DNA from: Escherichia coli | Lineage (GTDB): Bacteria > Pseudomonadota > Gammaproteobacteria > Enterobacterales > Enterobacteriaceae | Direction: 5' to 3' (one strand) | Assembly (NCBI RefSeq): GCF_048403405.1 | Contig: NZ_CP183129.1 | DNA: 64,000 nt | Shown: in pieces, positions 11,117-23,377 of the stretch | Numbering within the stretch: the first letter of the stretch is position 1 | Layout of the letters: the number at the start of each line of letters is the position of its first letter | Made by a program: the position numbers and the translations under genes | Notes under the pieces: model-generated | Database searches by the model: none | Seen by the model: only the letters and a program-made list of their open reading frames with translations | Told to the model about the DNA's origin: nothing

Positions 11117-12157
11117 ATGACTGGTCAGTCTTCATCTCAGGCGGCAACGCCCATTCAGTGGTGGAAACCCGCGCTTTTCTTTCTCGTTGTCATTGCTGGT
11201 CTCTGGTATGTGAAATGGCAACCATACTACGGCAAAGCGTTTACTGCTGCCGAAACCCACAGTATCGGTAAATCTATCCTTGCGCAGGCGGATGCTAATC
11301 CGTGGCAGGCGGCGTTGGATTACGCGATGATCTATTTCCTCGCGGTATGGAAAGCGGCGGTGCTGGGGGTGATCCTCGGTTCGTTGATTCAGGTGCTGAT
11401 CCCGCGTGACTGGTTGCTGCGTACGCTTGGGCAATCGCGCTTTCGCGGCACGCTGCTGGGAACGCTGTTTTCGCTGCCGGGTATGATGTGTACCTGCTGT
11501 GCGGCTCCGGTCGCGGCGGGAATGCGTCGCCAACAGGTATCGATGGGCGGGGCGCTGGCATTCTGGATGGGGAATCCGTTGTTAAACCCGGCGACGCTGG
11601 TGTTTATGGGGTTTGTCCTCGGCTGGGGCTTTGCCGCGATTCGTCTGGTGGCGGGGCTGGTGATGGCGTTGCTGATTGCGACGCTGGTGCAAAAATGGGT
11701 ACGTGAAACACCGCTAACGCAGGCACCGGTCGAAATTGACATACCGGAAGCGCAGGGCGGATTTTTTAGCCGCTGGGGCAGGGCGCTATGGACGCTTTTC
11801 TGGAGTACGATCCCGGTTTACATCCTTGCAGTACTGGTGTTGGGTGCCGCTCGCGTGTGGTTATTCCCCCATGCTGATGGTGCTGTCGATAACAGCCTGA
11901 TGTGGGTGGTGGCGATGGCGGTGGCAGGATGCTTGTTTGTCATTCCCACGGCAGCAGAAATTCCGATTGTACAAACGATGATGCTGGCAGGCATGGGAAC
12001 CGCTCCGGCGCTGGCATTGTTGATGACGCTCCCGGCGGTGAGTTTACCGTCACTGATTATGCTGCGCAAAGCGTTCCCGGCGAAAGCCTTATGGCTGACA
12101 GGGGCGATGGTGGCAGTGTCTGGTGTGATTGTCGGCGGGTTGGCGCTGTTGGCCTAA
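11117..12157 (+). CDS. yraQ: inner-membrane permease-family protein YraQ
   Basis: ORF track 346 aa; polytopic membrane protein recognised as YraQ. Confidence 0.88.
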   Translation: MTGQSSSQAATPIQWWKPALFFLVVIAGLWYVKWQPYYGKAFTAAETHSIGKSILAQADANPWQAALDYAMIYFLAVWKAAVLGVILGSLIQVLIPRDWLLRTLGQSRFRGTLLGTLFSLPGMMCTCCAAPVAAGMRRQQVSMGGALAFWMGNPLLNPATLVFMGFVLGWGFAAIRLVAGLVMALLIATLVQKWVRETPLTQAPVEIDIPEAQGGFFSRWGRALWTLFWSTIPVYILAVLVLGAARVWLFPHADGAVDNSLMWVVAMAVAGCLFVIPTAAEIPIVQTMMLAGMGTAPALALLMTLPAVSLPSLIMLRKAFPAKALWLTGAMVAVSGVIVGGLALLA

Positions 12158-12192
12158 GATGTTGGATGCTCCTGAATACAGCACTGGACGGT

Positions 12193-12216
12193 CCCCTCTC
12201 CCCTTTGGGGAGAGGG
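12193..12216. terminator. stem-loop CCCCTCTCCCC/GGGGAGAGGG between the convergent genes yraQ and dolP
   Basis: Perfect GC-rich inverted repeat seen in the sequence; no clear T-run, so terminator function is inferred. Confidence 0.35.
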
Positions 12217-12278
12217 TTAGGGTGAGGGGAACAGGTCGGCTAAGATGTGAATATTTACTTCAACGACCGATCAATGGC

Positions 12279-12854
12279 TTATTTAATAAACGTAAACGCC
12301 GTAGTTACCCGCTTCACGCCGCTCACCCGGCTGGCAATATCTGCCGCCGCTTTCGCTTCACGTTCAGTCACCAGCCCCATCAGGAACACTTCACCGTTTT
12401 CGGTGGTCACTTTCACGTTGGACGATTTCACCAGGTCGCTGGTTAAGAGCTGCGAACGTACTTTGGTGGTGATCCATGTATCGTTAGACGCTTCGCCCAG
12501 ACCAATCGGCTGGCCCTGACGAATCTCGTTATACACTTCGTTGGCACCGTCTACGCCCATAGCAATCTGTTTGGCGCGAGCCGAAAGTTCAGCGTTTGGT
12601 GACTGCCCAACCAGCAGCACTTTGCCCTGATACGCCGTGACATTAATACGGGTTTCTTTCTTAATCTGTTCGTCTTTCGACAATGCGCTGTTTACGCGCA
12701 CTTCCAGGGTACCATCGTCCACCTGGGTGCCGACACTGCGTGGGTCAGTTGCGGCTTTGGTACCTACAGCAGCGGTACCCACTACGGCAGCGGCAACACA
12801 ACCTTGCAACAGCAGCGCGGAAAGAAGGACTGCGATTGGCGATAATGCCTTCAT
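12279..12854 (-). CDS. dolP: outer-membrane BON-domain lipoprotein DolP (YraP)
   Basis: ORF track 191 aa; lipobox LLQGC; recognised as YraP/DolP. Confidence 0.92.
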   Translation of the reverse strand: MKALSPIAVLLSALLLQGCVAAAVVGTAAVGTKAATDPRSVGTQVDDGTLEVRVNSALSKDEQIKKETRINVTAYQGKVLLVGQSPNAELSARAKQIAMGVDGANEVYNEIRQGQPIGLGEASNDTWITTKVRSQLLTSDLVKSSNVKVTTENGEVFLMGLVTEREAKAAADIASRVSGVKRVTTAFTFIK

Positions 12855-12863
12855 GTATTCTCC

Positions 12864-13454
12864 TTAAACATCCTGGTGAGGGAAAAGCGTGTTATCGATC
12901 AGATCGCACAGGCAATTTACCGTCAGCATATGCATCTCCTGAATGCGAGCACTACGATGCGAAGGAATGCGGATCTCCACATCCTGTGGCCCTAACAAAC
13001 CTGCAAGTTCACCGCCGTCATAGCCGGTTAATGCCACAATGGTCATATCACGCGTAACGGCAGCTTCTACCGCTTTTACAATATCGCGGCTGTTGCCACG
13101 GGTGGAAATGGCTAACAATACATCTCCCGCATGACCCAGCGCCCGCACCTGTTTTGCATACACTTCATCATGTAAGCGATCGTTGGCAATCGCCGTTAAG
13201 ACAACATTATCAGTATTTAGTGCAATGGCAGGTAAGCTGGGCCGCTCCGTTTCGAAACGGTTGATCATGCTGGCAGCAAAATGCTGTGCATTGGCAGCGG
13301 AAGTTCCATTACCACAACAGAGGATTTTGTTGCCATTGAGCAGAGACTGAACCAGCGTCATGGCTGCACGGGAGATGGCATCCGGAAGCGCCTCTGCCGC
13401 CGCAATTTGAGTTTGAATGCTTTCAGTGAAGCAAGCTTTAATTCTTTCTTGCAC
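12864..13454 (-). CDS. diaA: DnaA initiator-associating protein DiaA (SIS domain)
   Basis: ORF track 196 aa; recognised as DiaA. Confidence 0.92.
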
Positions 13455-13473
13455 GCTAATCCTTAAACCTTAA

Positions 13474-13869
13474 TTATGAGTGGTCATTAAAGGCATCCTT
13501 AATCCACTCAACCTCATTCCCGGTGAAGGCTACCACATCGAACCGGCAATCCACAGTATCAAAACTCCCATTATGACGCGCGAGCCACAAGCGGGCAGTC
13601 TGTAATAATTTGTGTTGTTTGCTGCGGGTCACACTGGCTGCCGCGCCGCCATAAAGCGCAGAGCGGCGGTAACGCACCTCGACAAAAACGGTGATCCGGC
13701 CTTCACGCATTATCAGATCGATCTCGCCGCCACGCTCGTTCACGTTAGCGGCGATAAACCGCAGTCCTTTGCCTTCCAGCCAGCGACGCGCTTGTGCTTC
13801 CCACGCATCGCCGGTCTGTTTGGTGGTTAACTGGCGGGGACTACCTGACCTTGTTGGTACTGTAGCCAT
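13474..13869 (-). CDS. yraN: UPF0102 protein YraN
   Basis: ORF track 131 aa; recognised as YraN. Confidence 0.88.
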   Translation of the reverse strand: MATVPTRSGSPRQLTTKQTGDAWEAQARRWLEGKGLRFIAANVNERGGEIDLIMREGRITVFVEVRYRRSALYGGAAASVTRSKQHKLLQTARLWLARHNGSFDTVDCRFDVVAFTGNEVEWIKDAFNDHS

Positions 13870-15854
13870 GATAACTTCCTGTTAATCACGCAATCCGGGT
13901 TAGCCGTCAGACTTCCGGTATTACCGTTGATTTCAAAACCCTGAACCTGGCGCATTTGTGAGAAATGATTTGCCAACGACCAGGCATCGACGCCCATCGC
14001 ATACATGCGAGCCAGCGAATAATCGTTGTTCACCGCGCTGAGCGCCTGCTGCATTAACGGCAGATTACCGCCTGCCAGCATCGGGATTTCGCTGTACTGC
14101 AAGCCTTCCATCTCCAGACGGAAATCCGGGCCTGCGGTGCCTTGTGCGCTGCGGGAACTGGCGTACAGCGTTGCACCGCTCTGGCTACCGTTACGCATGG
14201 CGATCATCGGTTTGATAAAAGCGATTTCACCCGGCGTTGCCACAATGTAGACCGCATCGACACGACCGCCATTATTGGTGAACTGGTCATCGGTTGGCGT
14301 GGTTTGCAGCGTTGGATTGTTGGTCGTCATGCCGGAGTCGGTTGTCGCTCTGGGAGTAATCGGGCTACCCGTTAAAGCAATACCAGAACCGCCGTTAACA
14401 CCCGCGCGTAATTCGCTGGTGGAACCAAATTTTTGTTGCAGAACGGTGCCGCCACCCAGTTTCTGCCACTCTTGCGCAAACGCATTGGCTACGCGATCGC
14501 CCAATGAACTACGTGGGATCAGCACCAGCGGCGCTTGTTTACCCTGGTCACGAATATGACGCGCTGCATCGCGCGCTTCGTCTTCTGGTGAAAGCGCGAA
14601 GTAACAAATATTGACGCGGTTTTCGATATTCTCCGGCTGGTTCAGTGCCAGCACGTTCAGCGGGGTGTTGCTCTTCAGCAACTCTTCAACGTTATTTTTC
14701 AGCAACGGGCCGACCACAATACTCGCGCCATCCTGTTGAACCTGGTTGAGGATCTGGCTAAGTGGTTGTGATGATGTATCGTAGATTTTCAGCTCTGCGG
14801 ATGGATTCGCAGGTGCGCTTACCGCTGCGGTGGTTGCCGCCGGGGCGCTTACAGGCACCGGCTGGGCCGCAGGTTGTTCACCGGTCAGATCGCTAACCGA
14901 GGCTTGTGCCGGGCTGGCAACGCCATCCACGGTTTGCGGCTGAGGTTGTTCTGCTACGTCTGCGGCAGCTACCTGAGCCGCCACTGGCTGAGTGCCGATA
15001 TTTTTCGCCGCTTCAAAGCCTTGCTGAATAGTGCGACCAAATACCGCTGCCTGGCCATTCAGTGGCAACAGCAGGGCGATTTTGTTGGTCGATGCGGGTT
15101 TAAACGCTTTTACGTTAACCAACTGCGTTGGCAGCATTTTCGCGCCCGGGTTGTTCGGATAACGTTTCTGCCAGTCGGCGATCCCGGCTTTCATCATGTC
15201 GGGATCGTTACGGTTATCAAACCAGATGCGCTGCAGATCCAGCCAGCCTTGCAGAATATTTTCGTCGGCATTGATCACCAGCGTATTCGCCTGTTCCTGA
15301 GTCATGGAGGAGAGCGCCTGCCAGGTGGCGTCAATATTCTGCTGCTTTTCTTTCGCGCCGAGCAGCGGTTCCTGAGCAATTAACGCGCGCAGTAAATCAA
15401 TGGAAGGACGCCCCTGGCTGGCATCGATTTTTGCCTGCCAGTAACGCGCTTGCTGGTTTTGTTCTAAATCTGCAGGTGTGATTTTCGCCAGCAAGTTTTG
15501 CGCGCCAGCAAAATCTTTCTGCGCCAGTTTAATCTCTGCCGCCAGCAGTGTTTTCTCGCGACGCTGAGAATCGTTCAGTTCTTGCGGTAGTTGGTTAAAC
15601 AACTCCACCGCCTGTCCGGTTTTACCTTCTTTCACCAGTGCACGAATGGCGAGTAATTGCCAGTTGATCCTGGTATCATCAGAACTTTGCTGCATCTGTT
15701 GCAGGTAAAAGGCAGAATCAGCCTGCGCCGTGCCCTGCATATAGGCAGTGGACTGATCGGGAGTATGGGTGCCACAACCGGCGAAAATCAGGGCTGCCAG
15801 AACAACAGGCAGACAACGCGCGGCTTTCAAACGAGAAAATGTTGAGGGTACCAT
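13827..15854 (-). CDS. lpoA: outer-membrane lipoprotein LpoA (activator of PBP1A)
   Basis: ORF track 13827..15884; internal ATG gives [27 protein letters not shown]... with lipobox; 3' end overlaps the yraN start. Confidence 0.92.
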   Translation of the reverse strand: MVPSTFSRLKAARCLPVVLAALIFAGCGTHTPDQSTAYMQGTAQADSAFYLQQMQQSSDDTRINWQLLAIRALVKEGKTGQAVELFNQLPQELNDSQRREKTLLAAEIKLAQKDFAGAQNLLAKITPADLEQNQQARYWQAKIDASQGRPSIDLLRALIAQEPLLGAKEKQQNIDATWQALSSMTQEQANTLVINADENILQGWLDLQRIWFDNRNDPDMMKAGIADWQKRYPNNPGAKMLPTQLVNVKAFKPASTNKIALLLPLNGQAAVFGRTIQQGFEAAKNIGTQPVAAQVAAADVAEQPQPQTVDGVASPAQASVSDLTGEQPAAQPVPVSAPAATTAAVSAPANPSAELKIYDTSSQPLSQILNQVQQDGASIVVGPLLKNNVEELLKSNTPLNVLALNQPENIENRVNICYFALSPEDEARDAARHIRDQGKQAPLVLIPRSSLGDRVANAFAQEWQKLGGGTVLQQKFGSTSELRAGVNGGSGIALTGSPITPRATTDSGMTTNNPTLQTTPTDDQFTNNGGRVDAVYIVATPGEIAFIKPMIAMRNGSQSGATLYASSRSAQGTAGPDFRLEMEGLQYSEIPMLAGGNLPLMQQALSAVNNDYSLARMYAMGVDAWSLANHFSQMRQVQGFEINGNTGSLTANPDCVINRKLSWLQYQQGQVVPAS

Positions 15855-15918
15855 AATGTATCCAGTGATATTTTTTTTACGCAATGCTCAATATTAAATC
15901 GGCAATACGGACGACACA

Positions 15919-16782
15919 ATGAAACAACACCAATCGGCGGATAATTCTCAGGGCCAGCTTTACATTGTACCGACGCCAATCGGCAATCTGGCGGATATCA
16001 CCCAGCGTGCGTTGGAGGTATTACAGGCCGTTGATCTGATTGCCGCCGAGGATACGCGTCACACCGGTTTATTGCTGCAACATTTTGGGATTAATGCTCG
16101 GTTGTTTGCGCTGCACGACCATAACGAACAACAAAAAGCCGAAACGCTGCTGGCGAAGCTGCAAGAGGGGCAAAACATTGCGCTGGTTTCCGATGCCGGA
16201 ACGCCGCTAATTAACGATCCTGGCTACCATCTGGTGCGTACCTGCCGTGAAGCGGGGATTCGCGTGGTGCCGCTACCCGGGCCGTGTGCTGCTATCACTG
16301 CGTTAAGCGCCGCGGGTTTACCATCCGATCGTTTTTGTTATGAAGGCTTTTTACCTGCCAAATCAAAAGGCCGCCGTGATGCGCTAAAAGCCATTGAAGC
16401 GGAGCCGCGCACGCTGATTTTTTATGAATCTACCCACCGTCTGTTAGATAGCCTGGAAGATATCGTTGCGGTATTAGGCGAATCCCGCTACGTCGTTCTG
16501 GCGCGTGAGCTGACCAAAACCTGGGAAACCATTCACGGCGCGCCCGTTGGCGAGCTGCTGGCGTGGGTCAAAGAAGATGAAAACCGTCGCAAAGGCGAAA
16601 TGGTGCTGATTGTCGAAGGCCATAAAGCGCAGGAAGATGACCTGCCTGCTGATGCCCTGCGCACGCTGGCGCTGCTACAGGCAGAACTGCCGCTGAAAAA
16701 AGCGGCGGCGCTGGCAGCAGAAATTCACGGCGTGAAGAAAAATGCGCTGTATAAGTATGCACTGGAGCAGCAGGGAGAGTGA
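15919..16782 (+). CDS. rsmI: 16S rRNA (C1402) 2'-O-methyltransferase RsmI
   Basis: ORF track 287 aa; recognised as RsmI (YraL); divergent from lpoA. Confidence 0.92.
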   Translation: MKQHQSADNSQGQLYIVPTPIGNLADITQRALEVLQAVDLIAAEDTRHTGLLLQHFGINARLFALHDHNEQQKAETLLAKLQEGQNIALVSDAGTPLINDPGYHLVRTCREAGIRVVPLPGPCAAITALSAAGLPSDRFCYEGFLPAKSKGRRDALKAIEAEPRTLIFYESTHRLLDSLEDIVAVLGESRYVVLARELTKTWETIHGAPVGELLAWVKEDENRRKGEMVLIVEGHKAQEDDLPADALRTLALLQAELPLKKAAALAAEIHGVKKNALYKYALEQQGE

Positions 16783-16831
16783 TTACAGGCGTCGCAGCAG
16801 GAATAGCGTTGCAACGCCTGTAGCAGGCGAG

Positions 16832-17599
16832 TTAACGACGACACATCTCATCAATCATGCATGTGAAATAGTTATGCAGCCATAAAAATGAAGCCGGGAT
16901 AGCGGTAGAGACTTTAGCCGTGAGAAAACGTTCTGTCGCATCCTGCTTTCCTTCGCCAGTCACCAGTAACAAAACTTCGCGGGCATTGAGAATATCCTTC
17001 AGGCCTAAGGTGATCCCACGAGTCACGGGACGGCCCGCGGTTTTTAACATCTCATGTTGCTGTGTTCTGGCATCAAGTTGACTGATATGGCAGGCCGGTT
17101 GCAGGCTTTCTCCCGGTTCGTTCAGCCCAAGATGACCGTTTTTCCCCAACCCGAGAACGCATAAATCCAGACCGCCTTTGCGCGCAATCAGGTGCGTTAC
17201 CCGTTCGCACTCTGTCTCATTTATCTCTTCGGAGCGAAAGCTGATGAGCTGGTCTTCACGCAGCCCCAGCGGCTGCACGATATGCTGTTGCAGGAAAGTT
17301 TCGCAGGTACCAGGCATAGTTAATGGCAGATCCACCCATTCGTCGAGCTTCACGAAGGTGAGCTGGCTGACATCAACCTGCTGCTGGTGGATTTTTTCTA
17401 CCAGATAATGATACGTCAGTAATGGCGTGGCTCCGGTCGCCAGGCAAATCACTGCATCCGGTTTGCTACGGATCATGGCCAATAAATATTCGCTGGCACG
17501 TTCACTTAACGCCATATAGTTTTCAACTTGCTGAAGGGTTTGCACAGGATGAAATTCCTTAAGTAAAGAGGCACCACCAGACGCAGTGCCTCGTTCCAT
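16832..17599 (-). CDS. agaI: putative galactosamine-6-phosphate deaminase/isomerase AgaI
   Basis: ORF track 255 aa; NagB-family sequence recognised as AgaI; last gene of the aga operon. Confidence 0.88.
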   Translation of the reverse strand: MERGTASGGASLLKEFHPVQTLQQVENYMALSERASEYLLAMIRSKPDAVICLATGATPLLTYHYLVEKIHQQQVDVSQLTFVKLDEWVDLPLTMPGTCETFLQQHIVQPLGLREDQLISFRSEEINETECERVTHLIARKGGLDLCVLGLGKNGHLGLNEPGESLQPACHISQLDARTQQHEMLKTAGRPVTRGITLGLKDILNAREVLLLVTGEGKQDATERFLTAKVSTAIPASFLWLHNYFTCMIDEMCRR

Positions 17600-18391
17600 T
17601 TACAAAATGCCGAATGCGGAACAAACAATAGAGAGCACAAAAGTCACGCCGATTAACAGCACCGGATGCGCTTTTTTCACCCGCAGGAAGTAATACATCA
17701 GCAGGGTGTAGGCCATCGGTAAAATATTCGGGAAGACTTTATCGAAGAAATCCTGCTGCAGCGCGACGCTGTGGGTACTGTCGATGGCAAACGATGTCAC
17801 CACGTTAATATGCACATACGAAGCGATCAGCCCGCCGATTACCGTGATCCCGAGGATGGTTGCCGAGCGAGCAATCATCTGCGAGTTCTCTCGCACTTTA
17901 TCGATCGCCTTCACGCCGACTGAATAACCGACGTGGGTCCAGCCGACGCGCAGGAAAAAGATAAGCAGGTAAACGGCGAAAAATAGAATCGGCCCCAGCA
18001 AGTTTCCCTGGCTGGCAAATGATGAGCAAATTCCCGCCATAATCGGCAATAAGGTAAACCAGAAAATCGCATCGCCAATCCCGGCGATTGGGCCAAACAG
18101 TGCTACTTTGAGGCCTTTAATGGTGTCGCGGTTTTCTCCTTTTTCTTCCATCGAAATTAATAACCCCATCAGGAATCCGACCAGATTCGGGTGGGTATTA
18201 ATAAATTCGAGGTTATCTTTCATCGCCGCGCTTAGGCCCGGTTTGTCGTCCTTATAAATCTTTTTCAGGATCGGCAACATCGCCCAGGTAAAACCGCCCG
18301 CCTGCATCCTTTCGTAATTAAAGCTCGCTTGCAGCAGTGACGAACGAAAGCCCAGACGGGTGATATCTTTTTTACTGATTTCAGATCCCAT
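17600..18391 (-). CDS. agaD: PTS galactosamine-specific IID component AgaD
   Basis: ORF track 17600..18538 begins at a TTG; internal ATG gives MGSEISKKDITRLGF... (263 aa). Confidence 0.88.
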   Translation of the reverse strand: MGSEISKKDITRLGFRSSLLQASFNYERMQAGGFTWAMLPILKKIYKDDKPGLSAAMKDNLEFINTHPNLVGFLMGLLISMEEKGENRDTIKGLKVALFGPIAGIGDAIFWFTLLPIMAGICSSFASQGNLLGPILFFAVYLLIFFLRVGWTHVGYSVGVKAIDKVRENSQMIARSATILGITVIGGLIASYVHINVVTSFAIDSTHSVALQQDFFDKVFPNILPMAYTLLMYYFLRVKKAHPVLLIGVTFVLSIVCSAFGIL

Positions 18392-19184
18392 TGCTGTAGT
18401 CCTCTTCTTCATTTCTACTGGCAACGGGCTGCGGTTGCGCTTGCTGCCGGGATTTCGCATTGAAAAACTCATACACCGCAAAGCCTGCGCCCAGTACGGC
18501 AACCGGCAACAGGTTGCTGACCTGGATGTAGCAAACAAACAGGAAACCGGCGATCAGGTAAGGGATATATTGCGCTTTGAACATCACGCGCAGCAGCAAG
18601 CCAAAACCAACGGCAGGCAGAATACCGCCAGCCACTTCAAAGCCGTGGGTCAGCCAGGCAGGCATCGCTTTCACCAGCGCCTGCATCGCCCCCTGTGCCA
18701 GGTAAGTACAGAGGAAAGCAATCACCGCATACGCTGAAGCGACGATGAGCATCGTTGTCCAGTTAAGTCGGGAAAACGCTGCCGTATCCGCCTCTTTTGC
18801 GCATTTATCGGCTTTGGTCATAAATAATGAGAAAGCGGAATAGAAGAACAGAATGACGTACTGCATTAACAAACTAAACGGCAGGCCAAGACCAATTGCC
18901 GTTTTGGCATCAACGCCCGTAGACCATGCAATGACAGTGGTCATCAGACCCGCCATAATCGGGTTGGGCGGCTGAACACCACCTGCAGGGGTTAATCCGG
19001 CGAAAGCCAACTCTGTCAGACCACCGGTAATTAAGCCAGTCTGAATATCACCGAGAATAGCGCCAGTTAGGGTACAAACGATTATCGGGCGGAATAAAAA
19101 TAAGGCTTCCAGCCAAAAATCAATCCCCAGAACGAAAACTAACGCCGCCAGGGATAATCCCTGAAGTAGGGTTATTTCATGCAT
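18381..19184 (-). CDS. agaC: PTS galactosamine-specific IIC component AgaC
   Basis: ORF track 267 aa; recognised as AgaC. Confidence 0.9.
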   Translation of the reverse strand: MHEITLLQGLSLAALVFVLGIDFWLEALFLFRPIIVCTLTGAILGDIQTGLITGGLTELAFAGLTPAGGVQPPNPIMAGLMTTVIAWSTGVDAKTAIGLGLPFSLLMQYVILFFYSAFSLFMTKADKCAKEADTAAFSRLNWTTMLIVASAYAVIAFLCTYLAQGAMQALVKAMPAWLTHGFEVAGGILPAVGFGLLLRVMFKAQYIPYLIAGFLFVCYIQVSNLLPVAVLGAGFAVYEFFNAKSRQQAQPQPVASRNEEEDYSNGI

Positions 19185-19222
19185 TTTTATTACCTCAAAC
19201 CAATATTAAGGCGATTTTAGAT

Positions 19223-19699
19223 TTAGTCAGGGATTTGTTCTTTTTGATCGCCAGGGACGTCCTGAATGAAAACATTCACGCCACGTTGTTTAATAAAACG
19301 TAAGTCCGTGAGATCCTGGTCATCGACATAAACTTTACTGCTGATTTGCTTTTTCCCTTCCGAGAAATGCATATTGCCGACGTTGACATCTTTCAGGTCA
19401 ATGCCACCTTCTACCAATTTACGTACCGTTTGTGGCGTGCGGCAAATCAGGAAGATCTTTTGATGCGGTGCAGCTTTGCCGATGACATTAATGGTTTTTT
19501 CGATAGTAAAGAAACGAATGCCAAAGCCGTAGGTTTCCGCGGTAATACCCATTAATTTCTGTTGAATATCATCGTTAGCGACAACATCATCCACGACTAC
19601 CAGCAGATTTGCACCGATGGTAGATGTCCAGGTCACGCCAACCTGACCGTGAACCAGACGGTTATCAATACGGGTTAAGAGAATATTTGGACTGCTCAT
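19223..19699 (-). CDS. agaB: PTS galactosamine-specific IIB component AgaB
   Basis: ORF track 158 aa; recognised as AgaB. Confidence 0.9.
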   Translation of the reverse strand: MSSPNILLTRIDNRLVHGQVGVTWTSTIGANLLVVVDDVVANDDIQQKLMGITAETYGFGIRFFTIEKTINVIGKAAPHQKIFLICRTPQTVRKLVEGGIDLKDVNVGNMHFSEGKKQISSKVYVDDQDLTDLRFIKQRGVNVFIQDVPGDQKEQIPD

Positions 19700-19865
19700 T
19701 GTGTAATCCTCACCATAAAGTTGAATAATATAATTTTTTTAAATATATTATTGTTGCGATATTGTACTGATGTATTTATTAAGGTTTAGTCATCTCCTTT
19801 TCCATTAAGGCACTCCCCGATATTAATCGGGAAGTACATTGGGATAAATCATAAAAAACTAATGA

Positions 19866-20738
<873 letters not shown>

Positions 20739-21893
20739 TTATGCCTGCCACGGATGAATGATTACGCCTTGCACCACGCGGTTAACGGTGCCGCTGGCTG
20801 ATGGGGTATCCGGCGTATTGCCCATGTGCAGCGATTGCATCAGTGCAAACGTCTGGGCGTACATCAGGAAGCAAAATGCCTGCTCAACGTCGATAAAGTG
20901 ACGGGACGGCGGCAGGATGATATGTGGACCGGCGGTAATAACGTCGTTGCTTTCCGCGGCGATGGCGATTACGCGCATTGCCTGGTTATCGCGGCGGAGT
21001 TCTGCCAGCAGATCAAGATCATACTGACGGGTGTAAGGGTGGCTGGAGACAAAAAACACCACCAGCGTTTCGTCATCGACCAGCGATTTTGGTCCATGAC
21101 GGAATCCGGTCGGGGAATCATAAAAGGCCGCCAGTTTACCCGCCGTCAGTTCCAGCACTTTCAGCGCCGACTCGCGTGCTGCGCCCTGTAAGCCACCGCT
21201 GCCGAGATAAACGATCCGTTTCCACGGTGCGTAACCAAACACACCCTCGCTGAAATCGCCCAGTGAGGTCAGGATCGCCTGGCAACGATCCGCCACGTCG
21301 CGGAAGCTCTGGCTATTGATCGTCTCAGGTGCGAAAACCGCGAGGCAGCTGGCCATCATGGTGGTAATGCTGCTGGTCATCGCAAAGCCGCGATCGTGCG
21401 TTTCTGCGGGCATCAGCAGGGCAAACGCGTTGTCGCTGTTGATCGCGTTTTGGTAAAGAGCGCCCGCTTCGTTGCAGGTGATCGGCAGGTGATAGCATTC
21501 TGGTACAAATTGATTTGCCAGTTCCACGGCGGCGACGCTTTCCGGGCTGTTGCCGGATCGACCGAAGGAGATCAACAGTAGCGGATGAGCTGGATTCAGG
21601 TAGTCCATCGGATTAGTGACCAGATCGGTGGTCGGTACGGCGCTGAAGTTTTTACCGGTATGGCTGGCGAGCCACGGCGCGATGATGTCACCGATAAATG
21701 CCGAGGTTCCGGCTCCGGTCAGGATTACCCGCAGATTCTCTTTGAGCAGTAACGGTTCAAGGAAGTTATTGAGCGCGGAACGTAGCGCGTCGATGTTGGT
21801 GAGTGAACGGATCCATGCGCGAGGCTGATGGCGGATCTCTTCTTCAGTCCATGTACCGGTTGCGGCAGCAGCAGGGGTGTAATTTTCTGGCAT
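20739..21893 (-). CDS. agaS: SIS-domain galactosamine-6-phosphate deaminase AgaS
   Basis: ORF track 384 aa; recognised as AgaS. Confidence 0.92.
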   Translation of the reverse strand: MPENYTPAAAATGTWTEEEIRHQPRAWIRSLTNIDALRSALNNFLEPLLLKENLRVILTGAGTSAFIGDIIAPWLASHTGKNFSAVPTTDLVTNPMDYLNPAHPLLLISFGRSGNSPESVAAVELANQFVPECYHLPITCNEAGALYQNAINSDNAFALLMPAETHDRGFAMTSSITTMMASCLAVFAPETINSQSFRDVADRCQAILTSLGDFSEGVFGYAPWKRIVYLGSGGLQGAARESALKVLELTAGKLAAFYDSPTGFRHGPKSLVDDETLVVFFVSSHPYTRQYDLDLLAELRRDNQAMRVIAIAAESNDVITAGPHIILPPSRHFIDVEQAFCFLMYAQTFALMQSLHMGNTPDTPSASGTVNRVVQGVIIHPWQA

Positions 21894-21899
21894 AACTCA

Positions 21900-22240
21900 A
21901 TCCTTAGTCTGATGAACTTGACGTCGGGCGTTGTCGCTTTCGCTTACCTTTCGTTTCATTTCACTTGGTGATGTCTTTCGTTGATTAAAATCTATAGAAA
22001 AGAAACTGAAAGTTCAATGGAGAAAAAAGAAATAAAACGAAATTTGTGATCATTGAAAGAAAAGACAAGGGAAGATTAAAGGATTGCGTAATGACGTCGC
22101 TATGTTCACCGATTGCCGGATGCGGCGTACCGTAGGTCGGATCAGACGCGTTAGCGTCGCATCCGACACCGCTGCACAGATCAAAAAGAAAGAAAAAGAA
22201 AGGCCTTACGGGGGAAGTGAAGGCCCAATAATGGAGCAAA
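21900..22240. promoter_or_regulatory. agaS promoter region with repeated CTTTCGTTT-type AgaR boxes, plus a REP-like element (about 22110-22172) distal to agaA
   Basis: Multiple copies of CTTTCG/CGAAAG half-sites read directly; assignment to AgaR is from the known operator consensus. Confidence 0.45.
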
Positions 22241-22243
22241 CCA

Positions 22244-23377
22244 TCAAATCGAAGCTAATTGACCCTGAATCCAGATTTGTTGCACATGCAGCCCGCTATC
22301 CAGCGCAACGACGCTGGCGCGTTTGCCCGGTTTAAGCGATCCCAGAACACCATCAACACCCAGCATTCGCGCCGGATGCAGCGACGCCATATGGATGGCT
22401 TCCGCAGGCGTTACGCCCGTTAACTCGACCATGTTGCGCACTGCTGCATCGACAGATAGCGTACTGCCCGCCAGCCCACCGGACGCGGTACGGACAACGC
22501 CACCGTGCATCTGCACTTCTTCGCCACATAACGTATAGCGACCATCCGGCATCCCAGCTGCCTGCATCGCGTCGGTGATCAGTACGATTCTCTCTTTCGC
22601 ACAGCAACAACACAGCGACATCGCCGCCGGATGCACATGATGACCATCGGCTATCAGTTCCAGCCAGGCGCGCTTGTCCGTTAATCCCGCGCCAACCATT
22701 CCCGGTTCGCGGTGATGTAAACCTGTCATCCCGTTATAGCAATGCACCAGGCCGTCGGCACCAGCATCAAATGCGGCGCGGGTTTGTTGCCAGGTCGCCG
22801 CGCTATGCCCCAGCATCACCCTTACGTTTTGCTGTTTAAGATGGCGGATGGCCTGCAATGCCCCTTCTTTTTCCGGTGCCAGCGCTACCACGCGCAAGGT
22901 GTGCTGAGAAACGGCAATCAATTGATCCAGCTCGGCAATTTCCAGCTCGCGAAACAGCTCCGGCGGATGCGCGCCTTTATTCTGCGGCGTGAAGTATGGT
23001 CCTTCGAGATAACTCCCCAGCACTTGCGCACCAGGTCCGTCGCGTTGGCAACGTTGAGCAATACGTTTCAGCGCCGCATGAATGGTATTAAGCGGCGCGG
23101 TTACGGTGGTCGGTAACCAACTGCCGACACCTTCGCGTGCTTTGTGCATTGCCAGCTTGTCGAGCACATCCGGCGCGTCATCCATTACATCAACGCCCGC
23201 ACCACCGTGTACATGGGTGTCGATGTAAGCGGGGCAGAGCAGTTCCGCATCGCGTTCAGTCACGCCCACTGGAATCGGTTCGATTGCTGCGATTACACCG
23301 TCAGCAATACGCAACTGATGGTCATCGAGCCATCCCTCTTCAGTCAGCAGCCTTCTGGCGCGCAAAACGGGTGTCAT
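22244..23377 (-). CDS. agaA: N-acetylgalactosamine-6-phosphate deacetylase AgaA, full length
   Basis: ORF track 22244..23398 (384 aa); ATG giving MTPVLRARRLL... yields 377 aa and overlaps the agaF stop as ATGA; NagA-like amidohydrolase; K-12 carries only a truncated agaA. Confidence 0.88.
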   Translation of the reverse strand: MTPVLRARRLLTEEGWLDDHQLRIADGVIAAIEPIPVGVTERDAELLCPAYIDTHVHGGAGVDVMDDAPDVLDKLAMHKAREGVGSWLPTTVTAPLNTIHAALKRIAQRCQRDGPGAQVLGSYLEGPYFTPQNKGAHPPELFRELEIAELDQLIAVSQHTLRVVALAPEKEGALQAIRHLKQQNVRVMLGHSAATWQQTRAAFDAGADGLVHCYNGMTGLHHREPGMVGAGLTDKRAWLELIADGHHVHPAAMSLCCCCAKERIVLITDAMQAAGMPDGRYTLCGEEVQMHGGVVRTASGGLAGSTLSVDAAVRNMVELTGVTPAEAIHMASLHPARMLGVDGVLGSLKPGKRASVVALDSGLHVQQIWIQGQLASI

